Source: an uncultured Nitrososphaeraceae archaeon
Lineage (GTDB): Archaea; Thermoproteota; Nitrososphaeria; Nitrososphaerales; Nitrososphaeraceae
Assembly (NCBI GenBank): GCA_963765895.1
Contig: CAVXZB010000024.1
Coordinates: 32,001-96,000, forward strand
Direction: 5' to 3'
DNA: 64,000 bases
Below are positions 44,685-55,799 of this stretch, piece after piece (the first letter of the stretch is position 1; each line of letters begins with the position of its first letter). Below the pieces are notes generated by a model. The model saw nothing but the letters and a program-made list of their open reading frames with translations. It had not been told where the DNA came from and did not search any database. The position numbers were made by a program, and so were the translations under genes.

Positions 44685-45812
44685 ATGAGTAACAAAAGGG
44701 ACTACTACGAGGTCCTTGGTGTCCCAAAAAATGCAAGTAAAGATGATATCAAGAATCTGTATAGAAAGCTTGCGCTTCAGTATCATCCAGACAGAAATAA
44801 GTCGAAGGGCGCCGAAGAGAAATTTAAAGAAATCTCAGAAGCCTATGCTGTATTATCCGACGACGAAAAACGGAAAAGGTACGATACATACGGTCATTTA
44901 GGAAGCGAGGAAGTATTTAGAGGGTCTGAAGCGAATTTCGATGAAATATTTAAAGATATAGGCTTTGGGGGCGTTAGAGATATATTCGAACAGTTTTTTG
45001 GGGGCAGAGAAGGGGGCTTTACGGATCCATTTAACTTTGGATTCCGTTTCGGCGGCGGTGGAAGGAGAAGAGGTCAGGATCTTGTATATGACGCCGAACT
45101 GTCATTAGAAGATGTACTTAGAGGGAAAAGAGAGGAAATCGAACTACCAAAGCTTGAAAAGTGCAGAAATTGTGCCGGAACTGGAGTCGCACCTGGAAGT
45201 AAGCCAAGAAAATGTAATGTTTGCGATGGTCAGGGACAGATGAGGCGAGTTTATAGTCAAAATCGATATTCTACATTTGTATCTCTGGAGCCATGTCAGA
45301 CATGTCGTGGACAAGGAGAAATAATTGACCGTCCATGCGAAACCTGTAGTGGAGCAGGCAGCGTCAGAAATTACAAGAAAATCAATATAGAAATTCCTAA
45401 AGGTGTCGAAGACGGTATGGCATTACAACTGCGCGGAGAAGGAGAGCCTGCTGAAAATGGCCAGCCTGGAGATTTATTGATACGAATCCATGTCAAACCT
45501 CATTCGATATTCGAGAGATTATCCGACGGACATATCCTATATAATCTTGACACTAGCTTCACCGACTTGGCTCTCGGAACGGAAAGAAGAGTCCCTACCC
45601 TCGAAGGTGACGAAAAGGTAAAGATTATAGCGGGTAGTCAGCCGAATAGCATTCTTAAACTTAAGGGTAAAGGTCTACCACGCTATGGTGGTTTCGGAAA
45701 AGGAGATGAGGTGGTTAGATTGAACATCACGGTTCCTACGCAACTTAACGATACCCAAAAGGCTCTACTCAGACAATTAGATAAGGAATTTAAAAGTGCT
45801 GTCGGCAAATAG
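44685..45812 (+). CDS. dnaJ: DnaJ
   Basis: HPD J-domain, G/F region, 4x CxxCxGxG. Confidence 0.97.
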   Translation: MSNKRDYYEVLGVPKNASKDDIKNLYRKLALQYHPDRNKSKGAEEKFKEISEAYAVLSDDEKRKRYDTYGHLGSEEVFRGSEANFDEIFKDIGFGGVRDIFEQFFGGREGGFTDPFNFGFRFGGGGRRRGQDLVYDAELSLEDVLRGKREEIELPKLEKCRNCAGTGVAPGSKPRKCNVCDGQGQMRRVYSQNRYSTFVSLEPCQTCRGQGEIIDRPCETCSGAGSVRNYKKINIEIPKGVEDGMALQLRGEGEPAENGQPGDLLIRIHVKPHSIFERLSDGHILYNLDTSFTDLALGTERRVPTLEGDEKVKIIAGSQPNSILKLKGKGLPRYGGFGKGDEVVRLNITVPTQLNDTQKALLRQLDKEFKSAVGK

Positions 45813-45865
45813 ATCTAATACGCCGAGATAGAATTGTCTAAATCAACCATACTATAGAGAAAATA

Positions 45866-46816
45866 ATGCTTTCAATTATTACGGAAGAACTATCGAAAAT
45901 ATATAAGGGCTCAAAAGTCGCAGCATTAGATAGCATTTCGCTTACTGTTAGGTCCAGGCAAGTCTTTACGCTTCTTGGAAGAAATGGAGCTGGAAAGACA
46001 ACGTTTGTTCGTATATGCGCTACACAAATGATGCCCACCTCAGGAAAAGTGAATGTCCTTGGATATGATGTTATAACTGAACCTAGAAAAGTCAGGGATC
46101 TCATCTCCATTGTTCCGCAAGAAGGACGACCATTGAGAGCACTTACGCCGTGGGATCATGTCTTTAATTGGTTACAAATCCGAGGACAGAATAGAACCGA
46201 TGCGAAGATCAATACAAAAATTATTTTAGAAAACCTGGAGCTCTATGACGTCAAGGATAGACCTGCAATGAATTTGTCTGGCGGAATGAAGCAAAAGATC
46301 CTTGTGGCCATGGCTATGGCCACGGATGCACAATTGCTATTCTTAGATGAACCAACTATTGGATTAGATCCGATATCGCGACGTCAGGTATGGGCTGCAA
46401 TAAAAAAATGGAAGGCACAAGGCAAGTCAATTTTGCTAACGACACACTATATGGATGAAGCAGAGATGCTTTCAGACAGGATTGCCATTATAGATCGTGG
46501 CCGTTTGCTAGCAGGAGGAAGCATGAATGATCTCCGGAAAATCATACCTCAGAAAATCAGAATAGACATCATGAAGGATATGGTCGACCCTGATATGTTA
46601 CGACCTTTTGGATCGGTAATAGATACTGGGGCTAACACAATACGAGTATTTGCCTTTGAGTCAGCTGCCAAAGAGCTGTCTGAATTCGCGTTGAGAAAAA
46701 ACATCGCATTCACAGTATCTCCTGTAACTTTGGATGACGTCTTTGTATCATTAGTGGCAGACGGCAATATGCAAAATGGACTTGTAAGAGACGATGGAAT
46801 CGAACATTTTGAATAG
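45866..46816 (+). CDS. ABC exporter ATP-binding subunit (DrrA/NodI-like)
   Basis: GRNGAGKTT, LSGGMKQK, LFLDEPT, TTHYMDEAE. Confidence 0.92.
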   Translation: MLSIITEELSKIYKGSKVAALDSISLTVRSRQVFTLLGRNGAGKTTFVRICATQMMPTSGKVNVLGYDVITEPRKVRDLISIVPQEGRPLRALTPWDHVFNWLQIRGQNRTDAKINTKIILENLELYDVKDRPAMNLSGGMKQKILVAMAMATDAQLLFLDEPTIGLDPISRRQVWAAIKKWKAQGKSILLTTHYMDEAEMLSDRIAIIDRGRLLAGGSMNDLRKIIPQKIRIDIMKDMVDPDMLRPFGSVIDTGANTIRVFAFESAAKELSEFALRKNIAFTVSPVTLDDVFVSLVADGNMQNGLVRDDGIEHFE

Positions 46817-46994
46817 GTCAATTGTCCTATAGCAAAGATGTGTCCGGCGAAGGCACAGCGCAGCAAGTGGTCGAAATGATGAAATCTATCTACTGGCATA
46901 GTGGTCTATTTTGATCGAGCAAATCAAAGTTTCTAGATTACCACAAACAAATTTATTTATACTCACGTGCCACTACGTATGAGTATGTATTGAT

Positions 46995-47309
46995 ATGGTA
47001 GGTAAAACGAAACTTACTTTGAGTATTAATAAAAAAGTTCGCGATGATGCGCAGGCAGTTGTTGACGAACGAAATCTTACACTCTCGCGACTGGTGGAAA
47101 ACTTTTTGAAGTTCATAATTAAACCCAATATCTGGTGTTTTAAATGCGGTGAAAAATTCTGCATTCAAGACGTTGCTAAATGTCCCAAATGCAGTTATTT
47201 AATATGCAGCCTCTGTTCATGTAGATGTGTGCTATCAGATGAAACCGCAGTGGCTGTTTTTCATACTAATAAAATATATCAACAGCTACTAGGTGGTTAT
47301 TGGCAATAG
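46995..47309 (+). CDS. Ribbon-helix-helix (DUF6364-like) plus Cys-rich Zn-finger protein
   Basis: KTKLTLSI...LSRLVENFL followed by CFKC, CPKC, CSLCSCRC. Confidence 0.7.
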   Translation: MVGKTKLTLSINKKVRDDAQAVVDERNLTLSRLVENFLKFIIKPNIWCFKCGEKFCIQDVAKCPKCSYLICSLCSCRCVLSDETAVAVFHTNKIYQQLLGGYWQ

Positions 47310-48046
47310 TAGCCATAAAGAATGTTTTCAAAAAGCAAGAAAAAATGACTGATTTTCCAATTCTTAAGATAAGCGAGATCTTTTACTCTCTGCAAGGAGA
47401 AGGTATCAATACTGGAAAACCAGCGGTTTTTCTGCGCACGTCACATTGTAATTTGGCATGTTCTTGGTGCGATACAAAATATACTTGGGATTGGGCCAAC
47501 TATGACTACACTGTCGAGGTCAAAGAGATGAATGTAAAGGCCTTGATAAATTCTATATCAAAATACCAATCGAAACATCTGGTTATAACAGGGGGTGAAC
47601 CAATGATCCAACAGAGGCAATTATTGCCCTTCATTAGGGAGATTAAAGAATTGGGCTACTTCATCGAAATTGAGACAAATTGCACCATTTTACCAGAAGA
47701 AAATTTCGATCAACTGATTGACCAATGGAATGTCTCACCTAAACTAGCTAGTTCCATGAATGATAAGAGATCAAGGGAGATCGAAAGTTGCTATTTCTTT
47801 TTTAGTAATCATTCGAAATGTTATTTCAAGTATATCATAAACGATTCCGATGATCTTCGTGAGCTTCAAGATCTTGTAGAAAGATACCGAATACCTGCAG
47901 ATAAGATAATTCTAGTTCCACAGGGAAATAATAGGAATGATATTATAGCCCGAGGCATATGGCTATCAGAAATATGCAAAAAAAAGGGATATATTCTATC
48001 TCTGCGTTTGCAAATTTTACTTTGGTCCAATCAAAGGGGATTTTAA
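47300..48046 (+). CDS. queE: 7-carboxy-7-deazaguanine synthase (radical SAM)
   Basis: EIFYSLQGEG, CNLACSWCDT, ITGGEP, IETN, SPK; probable ATG at 47345. Confidence 0.9.
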   Translation: MAIVAIKNVFKKQEKMTDFPILKISEIFYSLQGEGINTGKPAVFLRTSHCNLACSWCDTKYTWDWANYDYTVEVKEMNVKALINSISKYQSKHLVITGGEPMIQQRQLLPFIREIKELGYFIEIETNCTILPEENFDQLIDQWNVSPKLASSMNDKRSREIESCYFFFSNHSKCYFKYIINDSDDLRELQDLVERYRIPADKIILVPQGNNRNDIIARGIWLSEICKKKGYILSLRLQILLWSNQRGF

Positions 48047-48726
48047 TCAAAGATCTATATTGATGTCGATGTTGCTATTGTATGTTGATTTGGCAGGAGA
48101 CATCTACAAATAATCGCTATTCTAATCATTACTGGTCCATGGGTCGACCTATCAACATGGTTTCATTTTTTATACCAGGCCTCTATTGCTAACGCGAATA
48201 CTATTCTATTAACAATCCGTTACCATAAAAAGCGTTTGCTAATCAGGCATAAAGCTGATTTGCTGCGAATTGTGGAATTTAGCTCAACTTGAAAATTGAT
48301 ATAATCTAGGTGAATTAACGAATGTATATTAAAAGCTAGAAACACGGAGCCATATATATGATCGTTATTCCAGTGTCGACAACATCGGTGAAGTTAATGA
48401 GAATTTTACAGAATAATATTTTTACATTATGCCGTCAGGTAACGTATATTGGCCGCAGCATGGCATATTGTTATTGATGCAAATTTCAAGCTTGCTATAA
48501 CTTCAACTAGCATATTGTCTCATCATTTCGTTCTCTTTCTATTTCAGTTGGGTATTTACACAATACCATCTAGATTATCCAGAGTCTAAGAAAGTTCAGT
48601 ATTATTTCGCCATTTAGCCTATACTTCTAAAGGTAAACTGTTTCGTTGTTACAATCAGTTACATGCGAGAAAATAGGTAATTGTTTATAACTGATCTCAG
48701 TTCTATAAAAAAATGAATAGTGCTGC

Positions 48727-49187
48727 CTACTTTGTACTACTAGTGTTGGTGTTTGAAAGGCCTGGAAGAGTTGAGCCTGCAGTCGACGTCGGGAGTCCAA
48801 CTGTCTGATCATAGCACTCTCTGACCTTCTTGCTGCTTAGACCGCCGGGCCCTTTATTTGCATCACTGATGCAACTAGAAATCTCCTTTATCTGCTTCTT
48901 ACTTAGTTGGTTATCATTAGATGATGTGCTGCCGCTGCCACTGCCGCTGCCGCTGCCGCTGCTGCTGCCACTGCCACTGCTGCTGCCGCTGCCGCTGCCA
49001 CTGCCGCTGCCGCTGCCGCTGCCACTGCCGCTGCCGCTGCCTCGCTGCCCTTATCACTTTTGCTCTTTCCATCGTCATTATTATCCGTCTTCGCTGCAAT
49101 TGCTAAATTGGTCAAACTAGCCGCGGCGATTAGAGCCACACTCATTGCCACAATACCAAAGATCAACAAACTTGTTTTCGTAGACAT
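48727..49187 (-). CDS. Secreted protein with (Gly-Ser)n linker and a small 2-Cys domain; frameshift at ~49042
   Basis: Signal peptide MSTKTSLLIFGIVAMSVALIAAASL..AIA; after a frame change reads GSGS...STSSNDNQLSKKQIKEISSCISDANKGPGGLSSKKVRECYDQTVGLPT...STK*. Confidence 0.7.
48928..49049. repeat. GC-rich hexanucleotide tandem repeat (GCTGCC/ACTGCC)n
   Basis: About 19 imperfect units over 48928..49041, then TC, then one more unit; encodes Gly-Ser on the minus strand. Confidence 0.97.
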
Positions 49188-49320
49188 TTGAGCTCATGCA
49201 GCAACAAGTAATTATAATTATTAAATTGTCAAACCATGTTTAGTATCTTGTCTTAATTTATTGATTTCGAATTAGTCTGCCAAGGAACTTGAACTGCGCG
49301 CAGTTTAATCCATCCGAGGA

Positions 49321-49977
49321 CTAACTACACCAATCATGTAACTGAATAGAAGCCGACTGAGTATCTTTAAGAATTCTACTCTTGTCAATCTTTCCTTCAA
49401 AGTCTCTTGGCACTAACGGACTATTATTCAATACAACTAATGATTGTACACCCGCGGCATTTGCTGCGTCTACACCCAACGGAGCATTTTCAATCACTAT
49501 TGCCTGTCCCTTGTCCACATTCATATTTCGTAGCGCTGTTATGAAAGCCAATGGGTCAGGTTTACCTACACTAATATCGTCTGCAGTGATAATAACATCA
49601 AATTCAATATTTTTGAACTGCTTTACAAGAGCGTCAACGTCTTCCTTATTAGATCCGCTAACAACAGATTTAAGACATTTTGATTCCTCTAGCAGTTCGT
49701 GAACTCCGATAAAGGGCTTCGGAAGATTTCTTGATTGGACTCTAAAAATTTCAGTCTTTCTATTATTTACTTGTTGAGCTAAACTGGTATCGTCAATATT
49801 GTTCAATTCTAATACCCTTTTTGCAAGATCTATTCCGCGCATGCCCTCTAATAGATATACCGTTCTTTCGTTCACATTAATACTAGCGATCTCTTTGAAG
49901 GCACTTTTCCAAGCTACGAAGTGTACAGGCATAGAATTGATTAATACACCGTCCAAATCAAAAATAATACCCCTCAT
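49321..49977 (-). CDS. HAD-superfamily phosphatase (beta-phosphoglucomutase-like)
   Basis: FDLDGVL, GKPDP, IENAPLGV.AA..AG. Confidence 0.9.
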   Translation of the reverse strand: MRGIIFDLDGVLINSMPVHFVAWKSAFKEIASINVNERTVYLLEGMRGIDLAKRVLELNNIDDTSLAQQVNNRKTEIFRVQSRNLPKPFIGVHELLEESKCLKSVVSGSNKEDVDALVKQFKNIEFDVIITADDISVGKPDPLAFITALRNMNVDKGQAIVIENAPLGVDAANAAGVQSLVVLNNSPLVPRDFEGKIDKSRILKDTQSASIQLHDWCS

Positions 49978-50467
49978 ATTATATCTCTTCCTTAATTCAC
50001 CTATGTATCTTATTAATTGTGAGATACAAACTCGACTTACAGTAATTTACTTATTCAGCTTAAGATCACATAAATAGGTAATTTACTCTGTCTCTTAATA
50101 GTTAGAATTATAACAACTTTAGTCATTCTAAGCAATATAGCCTTTGCAATCTTTTTTGCATTGTCTCACAGACTCACGTGCACCTATATTTGATATCTGG
50201 TATCGAATATATTATTAGAACACCAGGCGAGACTAGGATTTCAAGTCTATTCAATCAGTAAGGCAGCTAATTTAAATTATTTCTATACTGACAACTATTT
50301 TCCTAATATTAGAAAAATCTCCTCGAACGCCACTACCCTGTACCGCCGAGGTTAGGTTCGGACAAACGTTATCAATGTACAGAAGTGCCTATTCAACCAA
50401 TTATTCTTAATATCTATGAAATACAAGAAAATAGGTTTAAAACCATAATCTGATATTGATATATTTT

Positions 50468-51850
50468 TTATTTAAATCGCGATTGGATGGGACTAATGCT
50501 TATATTCCTACGAAATTGCCTGGCCATTTTCGAGACATTAGAGATTATTTTGGATGAAGCGGCAAGGTGATCGTGAGGATTAAATATTGTCGCTAGTTCC
50601 TTCTCGCTGAGTACTTTAGATAGCTTTGGATCGTGTCTAATGGCATCAAAAAAATTCAAACCGGTTGAGGAGAAGGCTATTCTCTGTATGTCTCTATATG
50701 CTTCGAATCTAGGCACACCTTTCTTTATTAATTCATCGAGTACAAATTCTGCATATATATTCCCATTAGTTATTTTTAAATTGGCCGCAATTTTTTCCCT
50801 ATATATTCTTAGTTCAGAAATTACCTTAGTCATCAAATTAAGCATCTCATCTAATAATATAGGTGCCATCGGAATAGTAAACCTCTCGTTTGCAGAGTTT
50901 GTCAGATCTCTTTCATGCCATAAAGGAATATTTTCCATAGAGACTATTACGAGTGGTCTGAGTAGGCGAGCAAGCGATGAAACCCTCTCGCTCTTAATGG
51001 GGTTTCGCTTGACAGGAACTGCGCTACTTCCCATCTGCCCACTTCTAAATGGCTCTGCTAACTCGCCTATTTCAGTTCTCTGCAAGTTCCTAATCTCAGT
51101 TGCAATCTTGTCTAGCGTGCAGCCAATAAGTGCAATGATGAATTGCATCTCGGCAAATCTTTCTCGTGAAATAACTTGGGTGCTAGCATCAATCGGATAG
51201 AGGTGCAGATTGAGTGATACTAATCTTTGTACTTCAAGTGCGCGATTTCCCATTAATGATCCTGTCCCTACTACCCCTAAGGTTTTACATACCAAGAATC
51301 GCTTTTTTCCCTCCTCTATTCGTTCTAAGTGTTTTGTCATTTCAGAGGCCCACACTGCAAATTTAAGTCCGAAGGAAATAATACTAGCATGTTGGCCGTG
51401 GGTTCTACCTACGGCTGGCTGGGTATCAAATTCGTGAGCCTTATGTAACAACCTGTCAGTTAGAGTCAGGATTTTGGATTCTATGATCTTGAATGCATCA
51501 TGGAGTTGCATGGAGATAGTCGTGTCAACAACGTCACTACTAGTCAAACCGTAGTGCACCCACGGCCGCGTTTTTACGGAGCATTGCTCGCTTAAGGCTT
51601 CTATCAATGCGGCTGTATCATGTTCACTGATGGATTCTAATTCTCTTATCCTCTTTAAATTGACGAGATTAGACATCACTATCCTGTCAATTTCTTCGGC
51701 AGCCCTTTTAGGGATCATTCTAATCCGTGCCTGTGCTGCCGCAACTGAGGTCTCAAACTGGAGTTGATATTTTAACCTGGTATTTTCCTCAAAAATTTCT
51801 CTCATTTCAGTACTTCCATATCGTCCAGAATCAATGGGAAGAATTGGCAT
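50468..51850 (-). CDS. purB: Adenylosuccinate lyase
   Basis: HYGLTSSD, GRTHGQHA, GSSAVPVKRNP, WHERDLTNS. Confidence 0.95.
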   Translation of the reverse strand: MPILPIDSGRYGSTEMREIFEENTRLKYQLQFETSVAAAQARIRMIPKRAAEEIDRIVMSNLVNLKRIRELESISEHDTAALIEALSEQCSVKTRPWVHYGLTSSDVVDTTISMQLHDAFKIIESKILTLTDRLLHKAHEFDTQPAVGRTHGQHASIISFGLKFAVWASEMTKHLERIEEGKKRFLVCKTLGVVGTGSLMGNRALEVQRLVSLNLHLYPIDASTQVISRERFAEMQFIIALIGCTLDKIATEIRNLQRTEIGELAEPFRSGQMGSSAVPVKRNPIKSERVSSLARLLRPLVIVSMENIPLWHERDLTNSANERFTIPMAPILLDEMLNLMTKVISELRIYREKIAANLKITNGNIYAEFVLDELIKKGVPRFEAYRDIQRIAFSSTGLNFFDAIRHDPKLSKVLSEKELATIFNPHDHLAASSKIISNVSKMARQFRRNISISPIQSRFK

Positions 51851-52424
51851 ATCCGCTTAGTTGATCTATAAAAGGAGATAAATACCCCACTATCGAAACT
51901 CTAGATGTTAAAGATAGATATAATCTAGCATTACCATTTTGGAGCTACTTGAACTAGCGGATGGATGCTTATGAGCGAGTTACTACAACTTTTTGTTGAA
52001 TGCACTCCATGATTGATCCTTCTCTACACACTTGAATCAAAGCAAATGGCGTTTATGACATCTAGATACAGGTAAAGGACCGAATTTAACTAAAAGTAAT
52101 AACAGTCAGACAGTCGGCTAAAATTTTCTTAATTGTAGGCCATTCCTAGATAACTAACTATTAACTAATCAAGCCACGCGACAGACTGCAGCTTTGCTCT
52201 GAAAATAGTTGAGATGTAGTTATACCAGTGTGACACAATATTAATTATACATACGTTGCTGACCATGAATATTGACTCTTCAAATAATAACAACTAGGAA
52301 AAGCTGAGTTGTCGATGTTTGCGCTATTAAACGAGTAGAGAATAAATGAATCATTTCTCTTTACCTTATCAAAAAACACGTTCGATAAAAACATTTTATT
52401 ATATGTGAATATTTACAAAATTCC

Positions 52425-52703
52425 GTGAATAACGTCAGAACTAGGGCAATTAAATTCCATGGGTTGGAGGTAAGAAATGCAATTGTTCACTACTTATCTA
52501 AGGGGATTAAGAAGCCTTTAAGGGAGAGGGTAGTAGAATTCAACGCAGCTAGGTCTGAGGTGTATTGCGAAGTGATAAATATTCAGATAGTGGCTGACTT
52601 CGTCACGATTACCTTTTATAAAGATGAAAAATCCAATCAAATGATTAGTAGGGAATTAATTCCATCTCGACTTATTCAATATATTTGGATCGAAGATTTA
52701 TAG
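52425..52703 (+). CDS. Hypothetical protein
   Basis: 92-aa ORF with a TATA-like element upstream; no family recognised. Confidence 0.55.
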   Translation: MNNVRTRAIKFHGLEVRNAIVHYLSKGIKKPLRERVVEFNAARSEVYCEVINIQIVADFVTITFYKDEKSNQMISRELIPSRLIQYIWIEDL

Positions 52704-54290
52704 TGGTACTGCGCAATCAATTTGAACCGTAGTCAATACCATAGTCAGTATTACATCCAATATGGGATCTATATGGGATGTATCGCACCTTGGTAATAAC
52801 ACGATGTTCTACAACATTGCAAGGTAGACGTATATATCGTCATAAAACAGCTTAAACCATAAGAACTTATTTTGTCATAACCTCTACCTCTTGCAAAGCT
52901 ATTATCCAATATATACCGCGTCTAGATTGGTGAATAGTTAAAAAAGCCTGTCTATTGCAGGCGACGCATTATCCAGTCATTTATGCAGCAGGTCACAAGG
53001 TGGAACAATTAGTATGTAAGCTAAGTCACTAACCTAAATTATGTCACTCTTTGGATAGCCGCTAATAGTCCATATTTCGTTACTAAGCCAGTGGTGTATT
53101 TCCTTATAGGGATTTAGTTATCTGTCCTTTCTAGGTATCAAAGAAGGACATTATTAAATCAATAAATTACATTCTAGTGGATGAGTCCAGTAACTAACTA
53201 GTGTGTCTGCGCCATCTACAGGTACACACAGGCTGCTTCACCTTCTAAAGCCACTGAAAGGACAATAAATTAATCGCAGTCACTACTTCATAAAATTAGA
53301 TCACTCTTCACATGTTTACTTATTGTCATGATAATACGGTACTAACAGGCCCCTAAAGAGTAAAGATAAGAATGAATGCTATTGAGTGTAATTTGACTGA
53401 AATGCTACCCACTGTCATAATTGGCCAATGTATATTCGAAGTAGATTCGATGTGCCATTTATTCTGATTGCAGTCTTCAATCCGAAAATTCTGCTTCATA
53501 ACTTGTGAATGCTTCTGATTCTACTAGACTAAATAGTTCTATAACCAATTTTTTAGATGTCCATAATAACATAGAAGCATACATGACAACACATATTTCG
53601 ACTACTGCGACACTAAACAATTATCAGAATCGGATCTAGAATTAGACCAACTGTGCTAAACATGAAAAGAAGCTGGCAAAAAGGACAAACAAAGCCGAAT
53701 GTGTATCGCTTAGACACAAGGTTCCATCTTTATCTGTGATTCGTTTTATAATATCAAAATTCCTATTTTGTACATAGATTCTTAATTTAGTTTCCAGATT
53801 TCGAATATATTCCATTTACGCATTCAAATCGATTAATATCATTCTGTAAGGATAAAACATCATGCTCAAACAAACATATCAGGAACACAGATTCATATTG
53901 CTTAAATAAAAAGTACGTTGCGCCGCGCAATTGCAGTCTTATTGGATGTTTATTTGCAAAGTCTGAGGAATTACTCAAAGAATTCAGATGTATTATGAAC
54001 AGCAATAATCTTTCATCCATTAGCTATTGCTTCTGTCTGTCAAATGGAATAAGCATGCAAATAGTGAATCAACACAATGTGCACAAAAATAAGCAGAGAA
54101 GACAACCTAAGCGAAATTGTTTTTATTTTCAGTGTGAAATTTAGTACAAGGTTAGCGTGAATCCTAATATAAAATCCATCTATGCTGCTTAGTCCATAAG
54201 ATAAGCTAATTGAACGTATTTGTACTCACAAGAAACCAAATATAGAATAACTGATATATGGGCTAACCAGATCCTTATAGGAAAATATCA

Positions 54291-55106
54291 ATGGAAAGAG
54301 TAGCGCTCGAAAAAGATTTGAAGTACATTGATGATAATGGTAATTTGTTAAGGAGTAGAACCGAATTATCCATTTCTAAATTGCTTTCTATTCTGGGTCA
54401 CGAATACCTATACAATTTCGAGCTAGCATTGGATGGTGATACCAAAGTCAATATCGACTTCAAGGCTGGCGAAAAATATCTAGAAATAGTTGAATCTGAT
54501 ATTGATTTGGAAAAATTCAACCTAGTTAGGAGTCTTAGACCAGATTTGAATATTGTAGCTGTGGGTCAATCGAAATACGCAGCGAAAGTAAGTGAACTAG
54601 ATTCCTTCTTCTTTTACGATTCGAACAATAATCAAACAAGCTCTATTTTCGTTGAGGATCCTTCATTGGCCTTCGATTACGCTCACATATTACCCATGGT
54701 GGAAAAGTGCTCAATCTTACACGGTCATACATCAACAGTTATGGTAGAAATAATCGGCAGGATGGTCAGTAACCTTGTAATTGATTTTGCTGAAGCAAAA
54801 AAAATTATAAAAGAGACGCTCGAAGCTCTAGACCACAAGTTCTTTATTAGTAGGAAATATCTTGAGAAGACAGATGGTACTCACTACTTGGTCTCATTTG
54901 CTGGACCCAAGGGTGAATTTAGATTGCAGGTTCCGAAAGAGACAACTTTTCTCCTTGATGGAGAAGCCACTGTAGAAACACTGTCGACAGAGATTATTCG
55001 ACTCATGGCACCTAAGATGCCACGAAATATTGAAGCACTGGGAGTATATGTGTACGAGGGAGTGAACAAGGGGGCTCACATAATCTCGGAAATAAAGAAG
55101 CAATAA
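54291..55106 (+). CDS. queD: QueD/PTPS fused to an N-terminal PD-(D/E)XK-like domain
   Basis: FDYAH, CSILHGH, LVIDF, LDH, TVE, YEG in the C-terminal half; directly upstream of queC. Confidence 0.82.
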   Translation: MERVALEKDLKYIDDNGNLLRSRTELSISKLLSILGHEYLYNFELALDGDTKVNIDFKAGEKYLEIVESDIDLEKFNLVRSLRPDLNIVAVGQSKYAAKVSELDSFFFYDSNNNQTSSIFVEDPSLAFDYAHILPMVEKCSILHGHTSTVMVEIIGRMVSNLVIDFAEAKKIIKETLEALDHKFFISRKYLEKTDGTHYLVSFAGPKGEFRLQVPKETTFLLDGEATVETLSTEIIRLMAPKMPRNIEALGVYVYEGVNKGAHIISEIKKQ

Positions 55107-55109
55107 ATT

Positions 55110-55763
55110 ATGATCAAGCAAAGAGCTCTAGTTCTGCTTTCTGGAGGACTAGACTCTGCAACATGTCTGTATTGGGCAAAAAAAAGGTTCTCTATTGTTT
55201 ACGCAATAACTTTTAATTACAAAGATAGAGGAAAGCGTGAAAAAAATGCAGCCCTAAGAATAGCTAACGAGGCTAATATCAGAAATTTAATAGAATTGGA
55301 CGTCCCATTCATGAGAGAAAATTTTCATACGCATTCTGATACTCTGGCGAACAATTCTGATTCACGATGGTCGGCATACATTCCCGCTAGAAATCTGATG
55401 TTTTACTCAATTGCGCTCTATTATGCTGAAAACCTAAGTATAAGCTCGATAGTTGGTGGGCATAACCGCCATGATGGACATTTCTTCAGAGATGCAACGC
55501 AGAGCTACTTGCAAAAATTGACGAGGCTTTTCAGAGAAGGTTCTAAGATGCAGGGAAGACGATCAACTAATATAGTTCTTCCGTTGGGTAGTATGTACAG
55601 AAAGAGAATAATCATTCTTGCTGTAAAATTAGGAGTTCCCATAAAATTAACATGGAGTTGTCATAAAAATGGTAACACGCATTGTGGGAGCTGCTATGCG
55701 TGTATCGAAAGACTACAATCCTTTAAATCGTTAGGAATAGAGGACCCGGTTTTCTCTTCTTAG
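55110..55763 (+). CDS. queC: 7-cyano-7-deazaguanine (preQ0) synthase
   Basis: LLSGGLDS, YIPARN, TWSCH..HCGSCYAC.ER. Confidence 0.92.
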   Translation: MIKQRALVLLSGGLDSATCLYWAKKRFSIVYAITFNYKDRGKREKNAALRIANEANIRNLIELDVPFMRENFHTHSDTLANNSDSRWSAYIPARNLMFYSIALYYAENLSISSIVGGHNRHDGHFFRDATQSYLQKLTRLFREGSKMQGRRSTNIVLPLGSMYRKRIIILAVKLGVPIKLTWSCHKNGNTHCGSCYACIERLQSFKSLGIEDPVFSS

Positions 55764-55799
55764 TCATGCGATATACCAATAAACGGCTATCCAAATCAA

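Noticed and set aside
42155-45812. Bacterial-type grpE-dnaK-dnaJ in an archaeon as a novelty
   Set aside because: Well known in Thaumarchaeota and other mesophilic archaea
48830-49120. Poly-LP, poly-CR/CH and poly-QR/QW ORFs (metallothionein- or RiPP-like at first sight)
   Set aside because: Alternative-frame and antisense readings of the (GCTGCC)n repeat; the Gly-Ser frame explains the locus
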